A DNA stretch of 32,000 nucleotides from Methylophaga frappieri (GTDB lineage: Bacteria; Pseudomonadota; Gammaproteobacteria; Nitrosococcales; Methylophagaceae): the NCBI RefSeq assembly GCF_000260965.1, contig NC_017856.1, positions 1,620,001 through 1,652,000 of the forward strand, written 5' to 3'. Position numbers and translations under genes: made by a program. Below the pieces are notes generated by a model. The model was given only the letters and a program-made list of their open reading frames with translations. It did no database searches and was not told the origin of the DNA. Positions 30,491 through 32,000 of the stretch are shown in pieces. Position 1 is the first letter of the stretch, and every line of letters begins with the position of its first letter.

Positions 30491-31417
30491 ATCTCTTCTA
30501 TCCCGATATTAAGTTATGCAGAGACACCGCGATATGCCTATATCACAAACCAACTCGACGACAGTGTCAGTATCATTAGCTTAGAAGCACAATCCGTAAT
30601 TCAGACCATTAAGGTTGGTAAAGCACCTGCTGGTGTCGCTTTAAGCCAAGATGGGAAGAAATTATTCGTTACCAACCCAGACTCTCAGGATATTTCATTC
30701 ATTGATACCGCTTTGATGCAGGAATCCTTTCGACTCAAAACTGGAAGTGGCCCGGTTGGGATCGCAACTAATTCAAATGGGCATCGCGTTTTTGTAGCAG
30801 ACTGGTATGAAAATGTGGTTAAGGTGATTGATACTGAAAAACGTCAAATCATTCACTCAATCCCAGTTGATAAGAGCCCAGCAGGCTTAATTGTTGATAA
30901 TAAGCGACATAAACTCTATGTTGCTAACCGTGACGATAATTCCATCACGATCATTGATTTAACCACGTATCAAAAGATTGCCAAAATTAGCGTTGGTAAA
31001 GCACCATTTGGCCTTGCTCTCACACGTGATGGTCAACGGCTATATTCCGTTAATGTCCAAGACAATACGGTCAGTGTGGTCGATACCCAAAAACATCAAG
31101 TCTTAGCCACCATTAATGTCGGCGAATGGCCATATTGTGCCGTGCTAAGTCCTGATGATCGCTGGTTGTATGTGACTAATCAAGATGAAAGCACCGTGTC
31201 TAAAGTTGACACACAAAGTCAACAGGTCGTTACCGACATCGCGGTAGATGACACCCCGGAGGGTATTGATATCACTGAAGACGGACGCTATGTTTATGTC
31301 GCAAACTGGGGAAGCGGCCGGGTTTCCATTATTGATACAGCTCTAAATGCCGTTATCAATACACTTGAAACAGGACAAGGTAGCCGGGCTTTTGGTGATT
31401 TTATTACTGGACGATAA
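30473..31417 (+). CDS. Seven-bladed YVTN-family beta-propeller repeat protein (probably periplasmic)
   Basis: 314 aa. Seven ~42-aa repeats, each starting [YLV][AFY][IVS][TAV][ND] and containing D..[VI]S.ID: YAYITNQLDDSVSIISL, LFVTNPDSQDISFID, VFVADWYENVVKVID, LYVANRDDNSITIID, LYSVNVQDNTVSVVD, LYVTNQDESTVSKVD, VYVANWGSGRVSIID. Short signal-like MGRFFLISSIPILSYA. The start is uncertain because it is the only in-frame start and sits inside the terminator hairpin. Confidence 0.8.
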   Translation: MGRFFLISSIPILSYAETPRYAYITNQLDDSVSIISLEAQSVIQTIKVGKAPAGVALSQDGKKLFVTNPDSQDISFIDTALMQESFRLKTGSGPVGIATNSNGHRVFVADWYENVVKVIDTEKRQIIHSIPVDKSPAGLIVDNKRHKLYVANRDDNSITIIDLTTYQKIAKISVGKAPFGLALTRDGQRLYSVNVQDNTVSVVDTQKHQVLATINVGEWPYCAVLSPDDRWLYVTNQDESTVSKVDTQSQQVVTDIAVDDTPEGIDITEDGRYVYVANWGSGRVSIIDTALNAVINTLETGQGSRAFGDFITGR

Positions 31418-32000
31418 TGCAACTATTTTGTCAGATAAAACCGGCATCCGAAGACTGGCTGGATATGGCAGATCAATTGGCCAGCCAACTTGGATTAACC
31501 GTATCGACCACACCTACATCATCTTTCATATTACATCTTAATGCTCATGGCTTATCACTGTCAGCGCCATCGTCAGGCAACCCGCTTCAGGTAGATTTTG
31601 TATCGGGTAAAAATGCCCATCGGCGACTTTATGGTGGTGGTCGCAATCAACCCCTGGCAAGAGCTTTGGGATTCAAGCAAGGTGTCAGCCCCGTTATTAT
31701 CGATGCAACAGCCGGTTTTGCCCGTGATGCCTTTGTCATGGCCTCGCTTGGTGCTAACGTCACGCTGATTGAACAGCACCCAATCATTGCTGCATTAATT
31801 AGCGACGGTTTGACACGTGGCAATGCAGACCCGGCTGTTGCCCCGATCATTCAGCGCATGTCACTTCACCGAGCTAATGCGGTTGATTACTTGCAGACAT
31901 TGTCTCAAATAGACTGGCCAGACACGATTTATCTGGATCCCATGTATCCACAACGGGACAAAACGGCTCTGGTAAAAAAAGAAATGCAGTTGTTGCATCA
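31417..32000 (+). CDS. rsmJ: 16S rRNA (guanine1516-N2)-methyltransferase RsmJ, N-terminal ~194 codons; continues beyond the window
   Basis: Absent from the ORF track because it has no stop in the window. ATG 31417 overlaps the preceding TAA (TAATG). Hand translation gives MQLFCQIKPASEDWLDMADQLASQLGL...VDFVSGKNAHRRLYGGGRNQPLARALGFKQGVSPVIIDATAGFARDAFVMASLGANVTLIEQHPIIAALISDGL...IYLDPMYPQRDKTALVKKEMQLLH, which matches RsmJ/YhiQ motifs (DATAG.GRDAF, YLDPM.P). Confidence 0.85.
   Translation, partial: MQLFCQIKPASEDWLDMADQLASQLGLTVSTTPTSSFILHLNAHGLSLSAPSSGNPLQVDFVSGKNAHRRLYGGGRNQPLARALGFKQGVSPVIIDATAGFARDAFVMASLGANVTLIEQHPIIAALISDGLTRGNADPAVAPIIQRMSLHRANAVDYLQTLSQIDWPDTIYLDPMYPQRDKTALVKKEMQLLH

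Overview
This looks like a gammaproteobacterial chromosomal window. From memory, the gene order resembles Pseudomonas-type synteny: pilT-pilU / yggS-proC-yggT / metX-metW, and mlaFEDCB-ibaG-murA-hisGDC. I cannot name the organism from sequence alone. About 31 protein genes and one tRNA are supported, and most are housekeeping. In order they are: resB (partial) and cytochrome c4; engB; glgP; tRNA-Arg(CCG); pilT/pilU; yggS-proC-yggT; metX-metW-pyrE; a TauE/SafE permease; a DUF4124 coiled-coil protein; the long minus-strand operon mlaFEDCB-ibaG-murA-hisG-hisD-hisC; and rsmJ (partial). Two genes that run off the window edges (resB at the 5' end, rsmJ at the 3' end) are missing from the supplied ORF track and were recovered by hand translation. 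I saw no CRISPR array, IS element, integrase, rRNA or prophage genes. Two markedly AT-rich stretches sit inside the core genes and are the parts worth a second look. (1) 6298-12796 lies directly downstream of tRNA-Arg. It carries an NTF2-like protein, a 596-bp non-coding AT-rich leader, a 1118-aa MHYT-PAS-PAS-HisKA-HATPase-REC-Hpt hybrid sensor kinase, a tightly coupled REC-HD-GYP response regulator (predicted c-di-GMP phosphodiesterase) and an exported DUF2927 protein of unknown function. It ends at a bidirectional terminator shared with a glycine-zipper/TSP3/OmpA lipoprotein next to pilTU. (2) 29866-31417 encodes a secreted SRPBCC (MxaD-like) protein and a seven-bladed YVTN beta-propeller. 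An intrinsic-terminator hairpin encloses the propeller's start codon, and its stop overlaps rsmJ as TAATG. Neither module has an established function. All functional proposals here are inference from domain content.
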